Positions 1-13,059 of a stretch of DNA of 64,000 nt are shown here, piece by piece. The translations under genes and the position numbers were made by a program. Position 1 is the stretch's first letter. Each line of letters begins with the position of its first letter. A model generated the notes under the pieces. That model was not told the origin of the DNA. It did not search any database and worked only from the letters and a program-made list of their open reading frames with translations. The stretch comes from Macrostomum lignano (Eukaryota). The DNA lies in the NCBI GenBank assembly GCA_002269645.1, contig NIVC01000094.1, positions 620,001-684,000 on the forward strand. The letters run 5' to 3'.

Positions 1-699
1 GTTTACCCACTGAGTGCCAGTTTAAACTACTGAGTGTCATTTTAAACTACTGAGTGCCATTTTAAACTACTGAGTGTCATTTTAAACTACTGAGTGCCAT
101 TTTAAAATACTGAGTGCCATTTTAACCTACTGAGTGCCAGTTTACCCACTGAGTGCCAGTTTAAACCTACTGAGTGCCATTTTAACCTACTGAGTGCCAT
201 TTTAAACTTCTGAGTGCCATTATAAACTACTGAGTGCCATTTTAACCTACTGAGTGCCAGTTTACCCACTGAGTGCCAGTTTAAACTACTGAGTGTCATT
301 TTAAACTACTGAGTGCCATTTTAACCTACTGAGTGCCAGTTTACCCACTGAGTTCCAGTTTAAACTACTGAGTGTCATTTTAAACTACTGAGTGCCATTT
401 TAAACTACTGAGTGTCATTTTAAACTACTGAGTGCCATTTTAAAATACTGAGTGCCATTTTAACCTACTGAGTGCCAGTTTACCCACTGAGTGCCAGTTT
501 AAACCTACTGAGTGCCATTTTAACCTACTGAGTGCCAGTTTACCCACTGAGTGCCAGTTTAAACTACTGAGTGTCATTTTAAACTACTGAGTGCCATTTT
601 AAACTAGTGAGTGCCATTTTAAAATACTGAGTGCCATTTTAACCTACTGAGTGCCAGTTTACCCACTGAGTGCCATTTTAAACTACTGAGCACCATTTT
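1..699. repeat. Minisatellite, 19-20-bp unit (ACTGAGTGCCATTTTAAACT and variants), truncated by window start
   Basis: Directly visible tandem periodicity with recurring variant units (GTTTACCCACTGAG...). Confidence 0.95.
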
Positions 700-1158
700 G
701 AAAAAAATATTTTACTTTAAAAAATCACAAATTTTGAAAATCTTTTGAAGGCCTTGAACGCCTTGAAAGCCTATAATCTATTTGGTGCATACCAATAGAA
801 ACTTCAGAACCCAAATTTGCTGGACAGCCGAAGTTGTTAATAAAAACCCCGCCCGCGCCACCCCCATGGCCTGTGCGATGAGTCAGGGCCCAGGGCCTGC
901 TGCAAGAGCCGAGGAGACAGCAGGTTGAGAGAGACTTTGTAAGCATTCGGCTCCATCGGATTTCACATCCGTTGTTTATCCCAGAGACTTCAGCTTCTCT
1001 GCGATAAGCGTGTGGGGTGCCAGTGTTGCAGCAGAGATATTGCTTGGAAACTTTGCTTGGCCAGTGACTAGCACAGAGATTTCTTATCTTCCATCGCTGA
1101 TGGGGCCTTATAGTTTATACGGCGGCCAGGGCAGGTGAACACTTTTGGATGGGTGAAG

Positions 1159-1702
1159 ATTGAATTGGCCACGTGCCTTCGGCCCGGGGTCGCTGCCCTC
1201 TATCGGTCTTTCTTTCTTTCTCAATCTCTCTCCACGGCTCCCTCTCTCCTCTCCTTCTATCTCTCCCTCTCTCTCTGCTTATCTCCCTCCTCTTACCCCT
1301 CTCTCTCCCTCCCCTTACCCCTCTCTCTCCCTCCCCTTACCCCTCTCTCTCCCTCCCCTTACCCATCCCCCTCTCTCCCTCTCCAATTCCCCTCTCTCCC
1401 TCTCCAATTTCCCTCTCTCCCTCTCCCATCCCCCTAGCCCTCTCCAATTCCCCTCTCTCCCTCTCCAATTTCCCTCTCTCCCTCTCCAATTCCCCTCTCT
1501 CCCTCTCCAATTCCCCTCTCTCCCTCTCCAATTCCCCTCTCTCCCTCTCCAATTCCCCTCTCTCCCTCTCCAATCCCCCCTCTCCCCCCCATTCCCCTCT
1601 CTCCCTCTCCAATTCCCCTCTCTCCCTCTCCAATTTCCCTCTCTCCCTCTCCAATTCCCCTCTCTCCCTCTCCAATTCCCCTCTCTCAATTGAATTGGCC
1701 AC
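1159..1702 (+). mobile_element. Putative retroposed insertion (1173-1688) flanked by a 14-bp direct repeat; body mostly CT-rich tandem repeat
   Basis: ATTGAATTGGCCAC occurs at 1159-1172 and 1689-1702. The interior is a short GC-rich head followed by pyrimidine-rich CTCTCCAATTCCCCTCTCTCC-type repeats. Confidence 0.5.
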
Positions 1703-2124
1703 TAAGTATGCAGAGAATTGCATAAAATCTGTGCGTCCAACCATATTGGCTTGGCTCATTAAAATGCCTTTATGCTACTCCGTACGAGCACTGCAGTTCG
1801 TCGGACTTCCGTTGTGTAATTTGACTGATTTGACTCCGGCCGAATTCGAAAGCTTGACTTTTAAATTCTGGCTCTTTGTACCAAGGCCTTGGCAACAGCC
1901 AGAGCAAGTCAAAGAAAGGCTTCACGCCTGGACACCAAGCTCGCATAGATCGGGTCAGCGTGTGCGCGTGTGAACGCGGTTCCGGGTAGGAAACCTGACC
2001 CTGCTGTCAAACATGAATGGCTAAAGTTACGAGTCTTGTATTGAATGAGAGTGAGTCAATTTATTTATAAACAAAATATTCTGTTGACAGTTTATATGTG
2101 ACAGTCTACAGCATCTCAGGTTTG

Positions 2125-2400
2125 ATAATCTGCCGATCTGCAGATGTTCCAATCTACCAATGTTCAAATCTACCGATGTTTCAATCTACCAATGTTCCAA
2201 TCTACCAATGTTCCAATCTTTCAATGTTCCAATCTACCTATGTTTCAATCTACCAATGTTCTAATTTACTGATGCTCCAATCTACCGATGTTCAAATCTA
2301 CCAATGTTCCAATTTACTGATGTTTCAGTCTTACGTACCGATGTCCAATCTTCCAATGTTCCAATCTACCGATGTTCCAATCTACCGAGTTTTCAATATC
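2125..2400. repeat. Degenerate ~16-17-bp repeat (TTCCAATCTACCAATG)
   Basis: Recurring CAATCTACC core. Confidence 0.8.
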
Positions 2401-2517
2401 TACCGGTTTTACTAACTTTTTCAGTCTGCCAATCGGCCACACAATCAGTCTGTTATAACAATCTGTGGTCAATAAATTTACCGCACTGTCAGTCTACGCT
2501 CGTACTAATCTGCCAAT

Positions 2518-2930
2518 CGCGTCAATCTACACCATGACAATCTACCACTCGCGTCAATCTACACCATGACAATCTACCACTCGCGTCAATCTACACCATG
2601 ACAATCTACCACTCGCGTCAATCTACACCATGACAATCTACCACTCGCGTCAATCTACACCATGACAATCTACCACTCGCGTCAATCTACACCATGACAA
2701 TCTACCACTCGCGTCAATCTACACCATGACAATCTACCACTCGCGTCAATCTACACCATGACAATCTACCACTCGCGTCAATCTACACCATGACAATCTA
2801 CCACTCGCGTCAATCTACACCATGACAATCTACCACTCGCGTCAATCTACACCATGACAATCTACCACTCGCGTCAATCTACACCATGACAATCTACCAC
2901 TCGCGTCAATCTACACCATGACAATCTACC
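2518..2930. repeat. Homogeneous 32-bp minisatellite (CGCGTCAATCTACACCATGACAATCTACCACT), ~13 copies
   Basis: Perfect tandem copies. Shares the CAATCTAC core with the adjacent degenerate repeat. Confidence 0.95.
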
Positions 2931-3835
2931 AGACGGGGGCAGTCAACATCATTCAACACTGGTTGAGCTTTATAATAAACGAATCTGCTCAGCATGTACA
3001 TGTACTTTTATCAATCAAGATGTGTACGACAGTCACCAACCAAATAACTTACATGCATTAATTCCAACGTGAAGCCGAGTACGGACTTACACAGAAACGA
3101 TGCCATTGACTCAAAAATCCCTCGAAATCGGACAGACAGGAGCGCGAATTCTTTAAACCGGCAGAGCGACGCGGTAGTGAGATTCAGAACAGTGCAAGTC
3201 GGCCTACTTATAACAATACGTAGCTATTGGCACCTGAATCGACCGGATGATGGAGCTGACATTCCAATGCGCTAGCTTCCTGTCACCGCGCGGCCGCTGC
3301 CACCATAAGCAACGCTGCTTGATATGGTAGCATGCGCACTCGATCCAGCTTCCTGTTGTATTTGGCTATTGCCGTCATCATTTTGTGTACGGGAAAGTTA
3401 AATTCGTTTTGGATTATTGACTTCACATGCAGATTCCTTCCGTTTCGAATAGTATGTACGCTGGCCGTACATGCTCATGTATGTGTGTACAGTACATTGT
3501 GCTAGTGATGGTTCTACAATTCGATGCCATTGTATACACAAGTGAGAATATATATATATATATGCATTGATTGATTGTTACTGCATGTATATAACGAATG
3601 ACTGTTACATGTAACGAGCATGATGTGCTGTACGTTTTCACGAGCTCGTCATGTTTTGAGTAATCTTATTAACAATACAAGCTGAATACACGCAACATGT
3701 AAATATGTGCACATATTATGCATCTTTTTGTGCCTGTGCTACAGGTGTGTGGAGTTTATGCAACAGCAACAGCTGAGAGAGCCTGGCTGTGCTGAGGTTG
3801 ACTCTGATCTACGAGTATAGCTTGAGCGTAGGGCC

Positions 3836-4030
3836 GGGGTCGTAGCCCAGCGGTCTAGCGCAGGCTCTGGTGTGCCAGCGACCCAGGCTCGATTCCAAGT
3901 GCAGTTACATTAATTTGGGGCTGAATTGGAATCTCGGCTTGGCTCTCTGCTCGTGCAATTAACAGCCTTAAGAGCCAACACCCCAAGGCGCAGTGAAGTG
4001 TACATGCCTAACGATAATATAAAGTTAGGG
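3836..4030 (+). mobile_element. tRNA-derived SINE-like element (Pol III A/B boxes)
   Basis: A-box-like TAGCCCAGCGG at 3843-3853 and B-box-like GGCTCGATTCC at 3886-3896, with tRNA-like spacing. No complete acceptor stem, so not a functional tRNA. The 3' boundary is approximate. Confidence 0.55.
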
Positions 4031-5274
4031 CCGCTGTGCACTCCTGTGTGAGTCTCTCAGTCTTGGATTTAAACAATTAATAATAAAATGTCGCCAATCT
4101 ATTTTTTGTGAGTAAGTTTCTAATTCAATTAGCTCGTCGCACTTTTGCAGGTTCTGGTAAATTAATTTACGAAAATTACGAGTTTATCATTAATTATTTA
4201 TTGTCAAGAAACTTTGTGTGCCTACGAAAAAGATTTAGTTTCTTTGAAAAAAAATTATTCTTTTGAATTTGTGAAGCTGATTTTTGGTTATGTATTTACA
4301 ATCAAATTATTTACAAAGTTGCATCAATCGATGTACTTTTTCAGATTTTTTCAACCCTCAAAAGTCCAATAGTTTGAACTTCGAGTTTCGCTAAATTGGC
4401 GAATTTGTGCATGCGCTTCAGTGTCTAACAAAAAGTACGTTTTTATTCGATCTGTTTTAATTATTACATAAAATAGATTTTGAAACTAGAAATATATGAA
4501 CTAGCAGCTGATCATTATTTGCACATTTGGTATTTATTTGTTATACTTTTGTCAATGAAAGTAAGTCAAAACAAATGAAGTAACGATTTTAATAGATAGC
4601 TAAATTGAATGGAATTTTTATTTATGATGAAATATTTCTAACTTAGCTACCACCGACACAGGTGGGTAGCTAGCTCTACTTCGTGTTCAAGCTTGTTATT
4701 AATGCAATTCGATGCTAAATACTTGACAAGTAATTCCTAAATTGCTATAAAGGGTGACACTAATAAATCTATATTAGTGCTTTAGAAGAGACGCGTGCAA
4801 ACTTTTAGCTAAATAAAATTAAACAAAAAACTATACTACTAATTAATTTCGATAGAAAATAAATGAACCAGGTGAGAAAAAGCACGTTTCTAAGAATGTT
4901 AAGGTTGAAAACATAGAAAAAATTCAGTAAAGTATCAAAAAGATGGATGCTCATGTCTACTCCTCATCAATGAGAGCTTTGCTCTGTTGCTGGCCTCAAT
5001 GCAGAATGGAGTCGAGGGTTTGTAGGATTTTATATTTTTCAGGTAATGGGTTACTTAGCTGATGTCCTGATGGTATTTTTGATCGAGAGTTTTCTGTCTA
5101 CCGAAGGTATCCGATTATTCCCAAAAGGGGGTATTTATCAAGATTCATTCAGGAAAAAACTTAGGGTAAGAAGGTGAGGCAGCAGGAAAAATCTCTACAG
5201 TAGTGTCTGAGACAAACAAAATTCGGATTTTTCCGTCCGAGATGGTCAATCTGTCCGGCACAACGGCTGCTAGT

Positions 5275-7281
5275 CTAGCGCGAGCCGGCCACGGTCAGCA
5301 GGCCGCCGAGGCACATCAGCGACATCAGTTGCAGAGTCCAGCTGGCCGGGACGGCGGTTGGCCTGGCCGAGTTGCACTCCGGTTCCCGGCAGTGGCAGTA
5401 TCTCACTTTAATCTTCTTGGTTCCGACGCGCTCGATGCAGCCCTGGATGTCGTCGTTGACCAGGTTGGTGCACTGGCGACTCACGTAGACCTTGTCGCCA
5501 ACTGTGAAGCAAGGATTGGGGAGTGGAAGCTGTAAATGCAGGCTAATATTAGTTGCCAGGTGAATCGATAGAGTCTATGGTGGGTCTATGATGAATTCCT
5601 AATGAGTCCGTGATAAGTCGATGGTGAGTCGATAGTGAGTTGATGGTGAGTCGATAGTGAGTTGATGGTGAGTCAATAGTGAGTCGATGGTGAGTCGATA
5701 GTGAGTTGATGGTGAGTCGATAGTGAGTTGATGGTGAGTCAATAGTGAGTCGATGGTGAGTCGATAGTGAGTTGATGGTGAGTCAATAGTGAGTTGATGG
5801 AGAGTCGATAGTGAGTCGATGGCGAGTCGATAGTGAGTTGATGGTGAGTCGATAGTGAGTTGATGGTGAGTCGATAGTGAGTCGATGGCGAGTCGATAGT
5901 GAGTTGATGGTGAGTCGATAGTGAGTTGATGGTGAGTCAATAGTGAGTCGATGGTGAGTCGATAGTGAGTTGATGGTGAGTCGATAGTGAGTTGATGGTG
6001 AGTCAATAGTGAGTTGATGGTGAGTCGATAGTGAGTTGATGGTGAGTCAATAGTGAGTTGATGGTGAGTCGATAGTGAGTTGATGGTGAGTCGATAGTGA
6101 GTTGATGGTGAGTCGATAGTGAGTTGATGGTGAGTCGATAGTGAGTTGATGGTGAGTCGATAGTGAGTTGATGGTGAGTCGATAGTGAGTTGATGGTGAG
6201 TCAATAGTGAGTTGATGGTGAGTCGATAGTGAGTTGATGGTGAGTCAATAGTGAGTTGATGGTGAGTCGATAGTGAGTCGATGGCGAGTCGATAGTGAGT
6301 TGATGGTGAGTCGATAGTGAGTCGATGGTGAGTCAATAGGGAGTCCATGAAGAATCGAGGTGTTATCTCTGAGACCCGAGTCACCGATGCGCACTCACCG
6401 GTCTGTACCATCTTGCGGCAGCCAATCGGCTTGGTGGAGTCAATGCGCGAGTCATTCACGCAGTCAACGCTGTGGCTGAACCGGTCCCAGGTGGCGCAAT
6501 GGTCCTGCCTGGTGTCGTCGCACACGATGCACCGGAAGCCCTTCTTCGGCGTTGTAGTCGGCGCTGGGGTCTCGTCAACGCGGACCTCGGCTTGGCCGCT
6601 GACCAAAGCTGCAGGGGGTGGTTGGAGAGAAATTTTTGTAAGGTGGAAACGCATGTGCTGCCATTGTTATACGATATCGTACCTCCTCTTTTCTATCTCA
6701 TCTCACCCTCTCCCTCAGTTTTTTCTTTCTCATCTCATCCTCTCCCTCACCAGTCTTTTCTATCTCATCTCACCCTCTCCCTCATCAGTCTTTTCTATCT
6801 CATCTCATCCTCTCCCTCACCAGTCTTTTCTATCTCATCTCACCCTCTCCCTCATCAGTCTTTTCTATCTCATCTCACCCTCTCCCTCACCAGTCTTTTC
6901 TATCTCATCTCACCCTCTCCCTCGCCAGTCTTTTCTATCTCATCTCACCCTCTCCCTCACCAGTCTTTTCTATCTCATCTCACCCTCTCCCTCGCCAGTC
7001 TATTCTCTCTCATCTCACCCTCTCCTTCAGTACTTTGCCTCTGCTCTCATCCTCTCTCTTCTTTCTTTCTCTTCTCAAATTCTCGCTCTTCTCCCGGTTT
7101 CTCAAAGCCTTTTCTCCCAAGTCTGCTCAGAGTCTCAAAGCTACGTAGTGGCAATTGAAATTGCGAATGGCTTGAGATGTGCAGCAGGCTAAATGACAAT
7201 TCAAATAAGAGCCATAACAATCTCACCGCAGAGCCAGGCGGAGCAGAAGAGGGCCAGCAGGCAAGCGTATCCGGGCTGCAT
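5275..7281 (-). CDS. Ly6/uPAR (three-finger) GPI-anchored protein, Quiver/Sleepless-like; exons 7281-7227, 6608-6399, 5501-5275 (~163 aa)
   Basis: GT-AG exons join in phase. Signal peptide MQPGYACLLALFCSAWLC; 10-Cys LU pattern (CIVC...C...C...CRKMVQT...C...C...CHC...CN); hydrophobic C-terminal GPI signal (WTLQLMSLMCLGGLLTVAGSR). Confidence 0.85.
5619..6337. repeat. Intronic 22-bp minisatellite (GATGGTGAGTCGATAGTGAGTT)
   Basis: Tandem array in intron 2 of the Ly6-like gene. Confidence 0.95.
6683..7030. repeat. Intronic 35-bp pyrimidine-rich minisatellite (CAGTCTTTTCTATCTCATCTCACCCTCTCCCTCAC)
   Basis: Tandem array in intron 1 of the Ly6-like gene. Confidence 0.9.
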
Positions 7282-8397
7282 TCTTTAATTACTGCTAACT
7301 GAAATTCTGATCAAATCTGCTCAGTGGCAAAAGGCAAAGCAGAATTCTTCAGCTGCTTTCAGTGCTAAGAATTGGCAGTGGGGCCGATCCTGTTCTAGGC
7401 AAGAAATTTATGCTGCAATGCTTTGCGAAAGGATTCTGGACTAGGGCGGCTGCGGAGAGGGAAGACATCCCTCTAATGTACATCCCTACCCTCCCCCCTT
7501 CTTCCTTCTCCCCTTCTCTCTCTAGTTTTCTTCCCAGTTCACACCCCAAGCTGGGGAAGAGGGATCCCTCACAGCCATCCAGAATTTTCCTCCTATCAAC
7601 TCCCCCCCACACACAACCAATTCGTCCCAGGTCAGCCGTTGTCATGCAGGAAGGATTTCAAGGGTAAGGATTGAAGTGTACACCTTACTGGATTGGAAAA
7701 TCAATAAAACACAAGGCGCCTCCACCTCTCCCGGCCTCAGCTGTACAGTGTGTCTTCTCCGCCTCTTACCGTTGAACAAAAGTCTTTTTTACTGTTTCTA
7801 ATCGGAGACTGAATAAAGTCAGTGCAAGATGCTCAATGGTGCAGAGGATTATGCGAACAGATACTATGGTGCAGATTTGACCATATTTTTATAAGCTATA
7901 CTCATCGATTCGATTTAATATTACTGAATTATAGACTCAGGCTGAACTTAGAAGATCGATAACCTTTCATTTCAAAACGCTTTTTAGGACACATACCTAA
8001 AATAATTACCTGTAGGCTCCATACTCGTTTGAGAATAGTACGAGTATATACGACTCATAGTAAGAAATTAGTCAGTCTATTGCAATATACATAGTCATTT
8101 TTTTGTTTTCTTTTCAGATGCGCCACGAAAGAAGTTAAGCCAATTTTTTTAAATACAATCATATTGTAGTTTAAGACACGAATCCTGCCTCTCCCGTGTT
8201 CAGTACAAACCCAAAAAGACATTTGCCATCATGGCAGTTTCGTGTATTCCGGACAGGAACCAATTCTTAATGATAAAAATTGAAATCTTGCCTATTTTTA
8301 GAGCCAGTCAAACAAGTCTGCAAGTAAAATGTTATGCTTTCTACTGTCAGTAGCTGCAGAGAATGTGGCTATAAACTGGGCTATTAAGTTGCAACAG

Positions 8398-8412
8398 AGA
8401 AAATTCTAGAAT
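8398..8412 (+). promoter_or_regulatory. Distal heat-shock element (3 inverted nGAAn units)
   Basis: aGAAa-aTTCt-aGAAt upstream of hsp70. Confidence 0.8.
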
Positions 8413-8473
8413 CGGTGTTCTAAAAATAGCACAGCGAAGCAGTGGGCCAATGTGTGACGGTGGTGAATGGGGA

Positions 8474-8513
8474 ATTCTGGAAATTTCTCGAAGCTGAGCT
8501 GCAGTCTATAAAA
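8474..8513 (+). promoter_or_regulatory. Proximal perfect 4-unit heat-shock element plus TATA box
   Basis: aTTCt-gGAAa-tTTCt-cGAAg at 8474-8493; TATAAAA at 8507-8513; CCAAT at 8447-8451. Confidence 0.9.
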
Positions 8514-8649
8514 GCAGGCGTTCCTGCTGGCCCAGGAGCAAGCAGTTCGGATCGCAACCAAAGCAATCCAGAAGCATCCAAAGCAAGACAAGCCTTCCTC
8601 AGTGAAGAAGCCTCTTTCTCAGTCAAGCTCAGCTCAGTGAAGAAGCATC

Positions 8650-10566
8650 ATGGGCAAGAGGAGCAACGGACCTGCAATCGGCATCGACCTGGGCACCACG
8701 TACTCGTGCGTGGGCATGTTCCAGGCAGGCAAAGTGGAGATCATCGCCAATGACCAGGGCAACCGAACCACGCCCAGCTACGTGGCCTTCACGGACACGG
8801 AGAGGCTGGTGGGCGACGCGGCAAAGAACCAGGTGGCGATGAACCCGGAGAACACGGTGTTCGACGCCAAGCGGCTCATCGGGAGGAAGTTCAGCGACGA
8901 GACGGTGCAGCGGGACATGAAGCTGTGGCCGTTCAAAGTGGCGAACGACGGTGGGCGGCCGAAGATTGAGGTGCAGTACATGGGCGAGAGGCGGAGCTTC
9001 TACCCGGAGGAGATCTCGGCCATGGTGCTGACCAAGATGAAGGAGACGGCGGAGGCGTACCTCGGCGAGAAGGTGACTGACGCGGTGATCACGGTGCCGG
9101 CCTACTTCAACGACAGCCAGCGGCAGGCGACGAAGGACGCTGGCGCGATCGCCGGGCTGAATGTGCTGCGGATTGTGAACGAGCCGACGGCGGCTGCCCT
9201 GGCCTACGGGCTGGACAAGAGCCTGGACGGCGAGAAGAACATTCTGATCTTCGACCTGGGAGGCGGCACATTCGACGTGTCCATCCTGACGGTGTCGGAG
9301 GGCAGCATGTTCGAGGTGCGATCGACGGCCGGTGACACTCATTTGGGCGGCGAAGACTTTGACAACCGGCTGGTAGAGCACTTGATCCAGGAGTTCAAGC
9401 GCAAGTACCGCAAGGACATGAGCGGCAACGCCCGAGCAGTGAGGCGGCTGCGCACAGCGGCTGAGCGAGCGAAGCGAACTCTGAGCAGCTCAGCGCAGGC
9501 GAGCATCGAGATCGACTCGCTGTTCGAGGGCATCGACTTTTACACCAGCGTGACCAGGGCTCGGTTCGAGGAGCTGTGCGCTGACCTCTTCCGTCAGACG
9601 ATGGAGCCGGTGGAGCGAGCGCTGAGGGACGCCAAGATGGACAAGAGCAGCGTCAGCGAGATTGTGCTGGTCGGCGGATCGACGAGGATCCCGAAGGTGC
9701 AGAAGCTGCTGCAGGAGTTCATGGGCGGCCGGACGCTGAACAAGTCGATCAACCCGGACGAGGCGGTCGCGTACGGAGCCGCGGTGCAGGCGGCGGTGCT
9801 GACCGGTGTGAAGGACGAGAAGATCGAAGACCTGCTGCTGCTTGACGTGGCTCCGCTGTCGCTGGGCATCGAGACTGCCGGCGGCGTGATGACCAAGATC
9901 GTGGAGAGGAACAGCCGCATCCCGACCAAGGCGACGCAGACGTTCACCACGTACTCTGACAACCAGAGCGGCGTCACGGTGCAGGTGTTTGAGGGCGAGC
10001 GGGCGCTGACCAGGGACAACCACCTGCTGGGCCGGTTCAACCTGGACGGCATCCCGCCAGCGCCGCGCGGAGTCCCGCAGATCGAGGTGACCTTCGACGT
10101 AGACGCCAACGGAATCCTGGTGGTGTCGGCGAAGGACAAGAGCACCAGCAAGGAGGAGAAGATCACGATCACGAACGACAAGGGTCGCCTGTCGAAGGAC
10201 GAGATCGAGCGGATGGTGCGGGACGCGGAGAAGTTCCGCGAGGAGGACGAGCGGCATCGCGAGCGCCTGGCGGCCCGCAACCAGCTGGAATCGCTCGCCT
10301 TCCAGTACAAGCAGGCGGCCAACGACTGCAAGGACCGGCTGGGCGAGAAGGAGGCCGGCGAGGTGACCGCCGCTTGTGACCGCGTCATCTCCTGGCTGGA
10401 GAACAACCAGACGGCCGATAAGGACGAGATCGCCGAACAGCAGCGGCAGCTGAGCAGCCTGTGCTCGCCTCTCATGGCCAAGCTGCATCAGCAGCAGCAG
10501 TCGCCTCCGCAGGGTCCGCAGCGAGCGGGACGAGCGGGCGGACCCACCGTCGAGGAGGTTGACTGA
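8650..10566 (+). CDS. hsp70: Intronless cytosolic heat-inducible Hsp70 (638 aa)
   Basis: Family signatures [22 protein letters not shown] and [14 protein letters not shown]; C-terminal GPTVEEVD; EGSMFEV insertion typical of inducible invertebrate Hsp70; no introns; HSEs upstream. Confidence 0.98.
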   Translation: MGKRSNGPAIGIDLGTTYSCVGMFQAGKVEIIANDQGNRTTPSYVAFTDTERLVGDAAKNQVAMNPENTVFDAKRLIGRKFSDETVQRDMKLWPFKVANDGGRPKIEVQYMGERRSFYPEEISAMVLTKMKETAEAYLGEKVTDAVITVPAYFNDSQRQATKDAGAIAGLNVLRIVNEPTAAALAYGLDKSLDGEKNILIFDLGGGTFDVSILTVSEGSMFEVRSTAGDTHLGGEDFDNRLVEHLIQEFKRKYRKDMSGNARAVRRLRTAAERAKRTLSSSAQASIEIDSLFEGIDFYTSVTRARFEELCADLFRQTMEPVERALRDAKMDKSSVSEIVLVGGSTRIPKVQKLLQEFMGGRTLNKSINPDEAVAYGAAVQAAVLTGVKDEKIEDLLLLDVAPLSLGIETAGGVMTKIVERNSRIPTKATQTFTTYSDNQSGVTVQVFEGERALTRDNHLLGRFNLDGIPPAPRGVPQIEVTFDVDANGILVVSAKDKSTSKEEKITITNDKGRLSKDEIERMVRDAEKFREEDERHRERLAARNQLESLAFQYKQAANDCKDRLGEKEAGEVTAACDRVISWLENNQTADKDEIAEQQRQLSSLCSPLMAKLHQQQQSPPQGPQRAGRAGGPTVEEVD

Positions 10567-10778
10567 GCTCCTGTCGCAGACGAAAGTTTGATGATTGATT
10601 TGAGCTCTGACTCTGAATTACTCCGATCAGCGTTGTGTTCCGGAACATTTTTATCTACTTTTGATTAATTTTTATTTTTGCATGCGTCTGTAAATGCAAT
10701 CGATATTCAAGTACATGTACATGTATGGTAGCCTTGTACACATTTAGCTGAATGTATACTTAACTTGCGTGAGATGAT

Positions 10779-10784
10779 AATAAA
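10779..10784 (+). terminator. Probable polyadenylation signal of hsp70
   Basis: AATAAA about 210 nt after the stop codon. Confidence 0.55.
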
Positions 10785-13059
10785 AAAGGAGCTAGCTTCT
10801 CTAGCTACCCTCCAAAGTAGCATTCTATTATTTTATATACAGAAAACTATAATTTTATAAGTAGTAATTGGTTTTTGTCACATTTCTAGTCATAATTTTT
10901 TACAAAAAATTTGTAAAACGTATGAAGTTTAAGTTTCAATACCTGAAGTCCATGTGTTGGATCATTTCAGAGGTTGTCCACGAGTTTCAAGCTGTCTAGC
11001 TCCGGAAAGACTAGCAAGTTATAACAATATTTTTTTTCCTATTTTAATTAGGTCCTACAATTGAGAAAAATGATTTTTGAAAGTCAATGATTAAAGCACA
11101 GTTGTGCTTTTTTTACGCATTCACGTGGTTGTCGAAAATAGTACTTTTGTTTAAAATTTAAAATTTGGACATGGGATGCTGGATCCTGGCTTCATCATGA
11201 TCGATGATCACCATCACTTCAAACTAAACTAAAGTTCAGCATGGGTATTTCGTATTAGCATCCGAGGACCGAGGCTAATTAAGTGCATTGTTGTATGTAT
11301 ATTTTTTAGATTGTGGTAGGATCTAGGCCTATGCATTTGCAATATATGTGGTATACTTCTGTTCTGCGTTTATGAAGTCTAATAATAAAAAAAGGATTTA
11401 TTGGAAGGGCTGTGTCTTACTTACAACTAAGAAGATCATCTTGGTTTATTTATTTAATGGAATAACCAAGGGACAAGGGGTGACAAAACCCGACTTTGTT
11501 AGAAATCTTTACATTGTTTATTATTGCATACTAAATGCTTAATGCTTATTTTCTTAATATTATATTTGTGCACTTATGTTTTACAAAAAATTGATGTATC
11601 CATTAAAAACTTATTTCACTTCATATGCTCAATTATGTTTTGCAACTGGCGGTAGGAAAGAATTTAGATTTTTTAAAAAATACTTGAATCACTATATTTA
11701 AAGTAGTCAATTTTTTCTAATTTTAATATTACTATTTTGGGTAGTATATTTGAATTTTAATAAGGCCTAGCTGCCTAGTAGCATAATAAAGGGATATCAA
11801 ATCAGTCTATCATTGGCTAATACCCTAAATTTTAGGACTAGAATCTTTTTCAACTTTCATTAATCAGTAAGAGTTTTGCTTTGCCATAAACAATTTTTTT
11901 GTTGTATCTATATATTTGTAGCCATATTTTTAATTTTTTCCCATATCCTATTTGTATTCTGTATCTATAGCTAATTAGTTTCTCATAACTTCTTAAAACT
12001 TAATGATATTTAAGCCAATTGCAACAAATAGAAACAGTTTCACTTAACCTATTTAGTATTAATCATTACTAATTTCTTATTTCTTATTGTATAAAAACTA
12101 TTATATTGTTTAGAAACAGACTTTTCAAAACTTCCTATGTGACTAAGCTTTGTTTACAAATGTCATATATTTTTAGAAAGTTATTTTATTTGTATTCATA
12201 TGTTTTTGGAACTTTTTCCCATGCAAGTATAAATATACAACTTCCCCCTGTTTATTCAAGTTTTATTTGATATTCCTGGTGTCTAGCATGCTGCTATACT
12301 ACTAGGCAGTCTAGCCACTCAGCTTGCTAGGCTATTCAGTTGGTCTATAATACAAGTGTACTACATTTTTTGTCTATGTTAAGATCCTAGTTTTTTTCCT
12401 TACTTATTTGCATAGGAATATAGCAAAACTATATATAGTTTATAATAAAACAAAAAAATTCAATTTAAGTAAAAAGGTTTTTATTTTTATAAAGATGCAC
12501 AAAAAAGGAATAAAAAATATAAAACACAAAAAGACATTTATGAAATACAATAGCATATATTTGGAATTTAACAAAAAATATCTATATTATACTATAATTC
12601 AAATGTTAGATTAAATTAAACCCAAATTCTGCTCAATGAATAGCTGTTTGTCAGCTGACTATAGAGCTAGCCTGCTACACTGTGGTGTGACAATACTGCT
12701 TGCTACACTAAAGAGCCACTCAGCATTAGCACTAGATAGTAAAGTATAAAAGTACCATTGAGCAAGCAGCCTTGGCAACAGCTGGGAATTTGGCTTGGCC
12801 AATTTTGGCAATTATTATTAAGTTGTGTGCCAGAACTAAATTTTGTATGCAATTGAAGGAGTGACTATTTTTTATGCATTGGTTTTTAGCTTGTTAGCTT
12901 GTGATTCAGTAAATGACTGTAGACTTTTAGACATGGAAGCCACAATTTTAGACTTTATTAGATTATGAATTTTTATATGTGTATTACTAAATCAGGACAA
13001 GCTTGGTTGTCATAAATATATTAATATCTTTGATCAAGGCTGCCTATGTTTTATTTCAG

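Noticed and set aside
2518-2930. 32-bp regularly spaced repeat as a possible CRISPR array
   Set aside because: Head-to-tail units with no unique spacers, no cas genes and a eukaryotic context.
3836-3910. Functional tRNA gene
   Set aside because: A and B boxes are present but the acceptor and anticodon stems do not pair properly; treated as a SINE-like remnant.
4644-4673. Short inverted repeat TAGCTACCACC...GGTGGGTAGCTA
   Set aside because: Isolated ~30-bp hairpin with no supporting context.
8629-10488. Long antisense ORFs opposite hsp70 (250, 332 and 295 aa)
   Set aside because: A known by-product of the GC-rich codon bias of Hsp70 genes; no recognisable domain.
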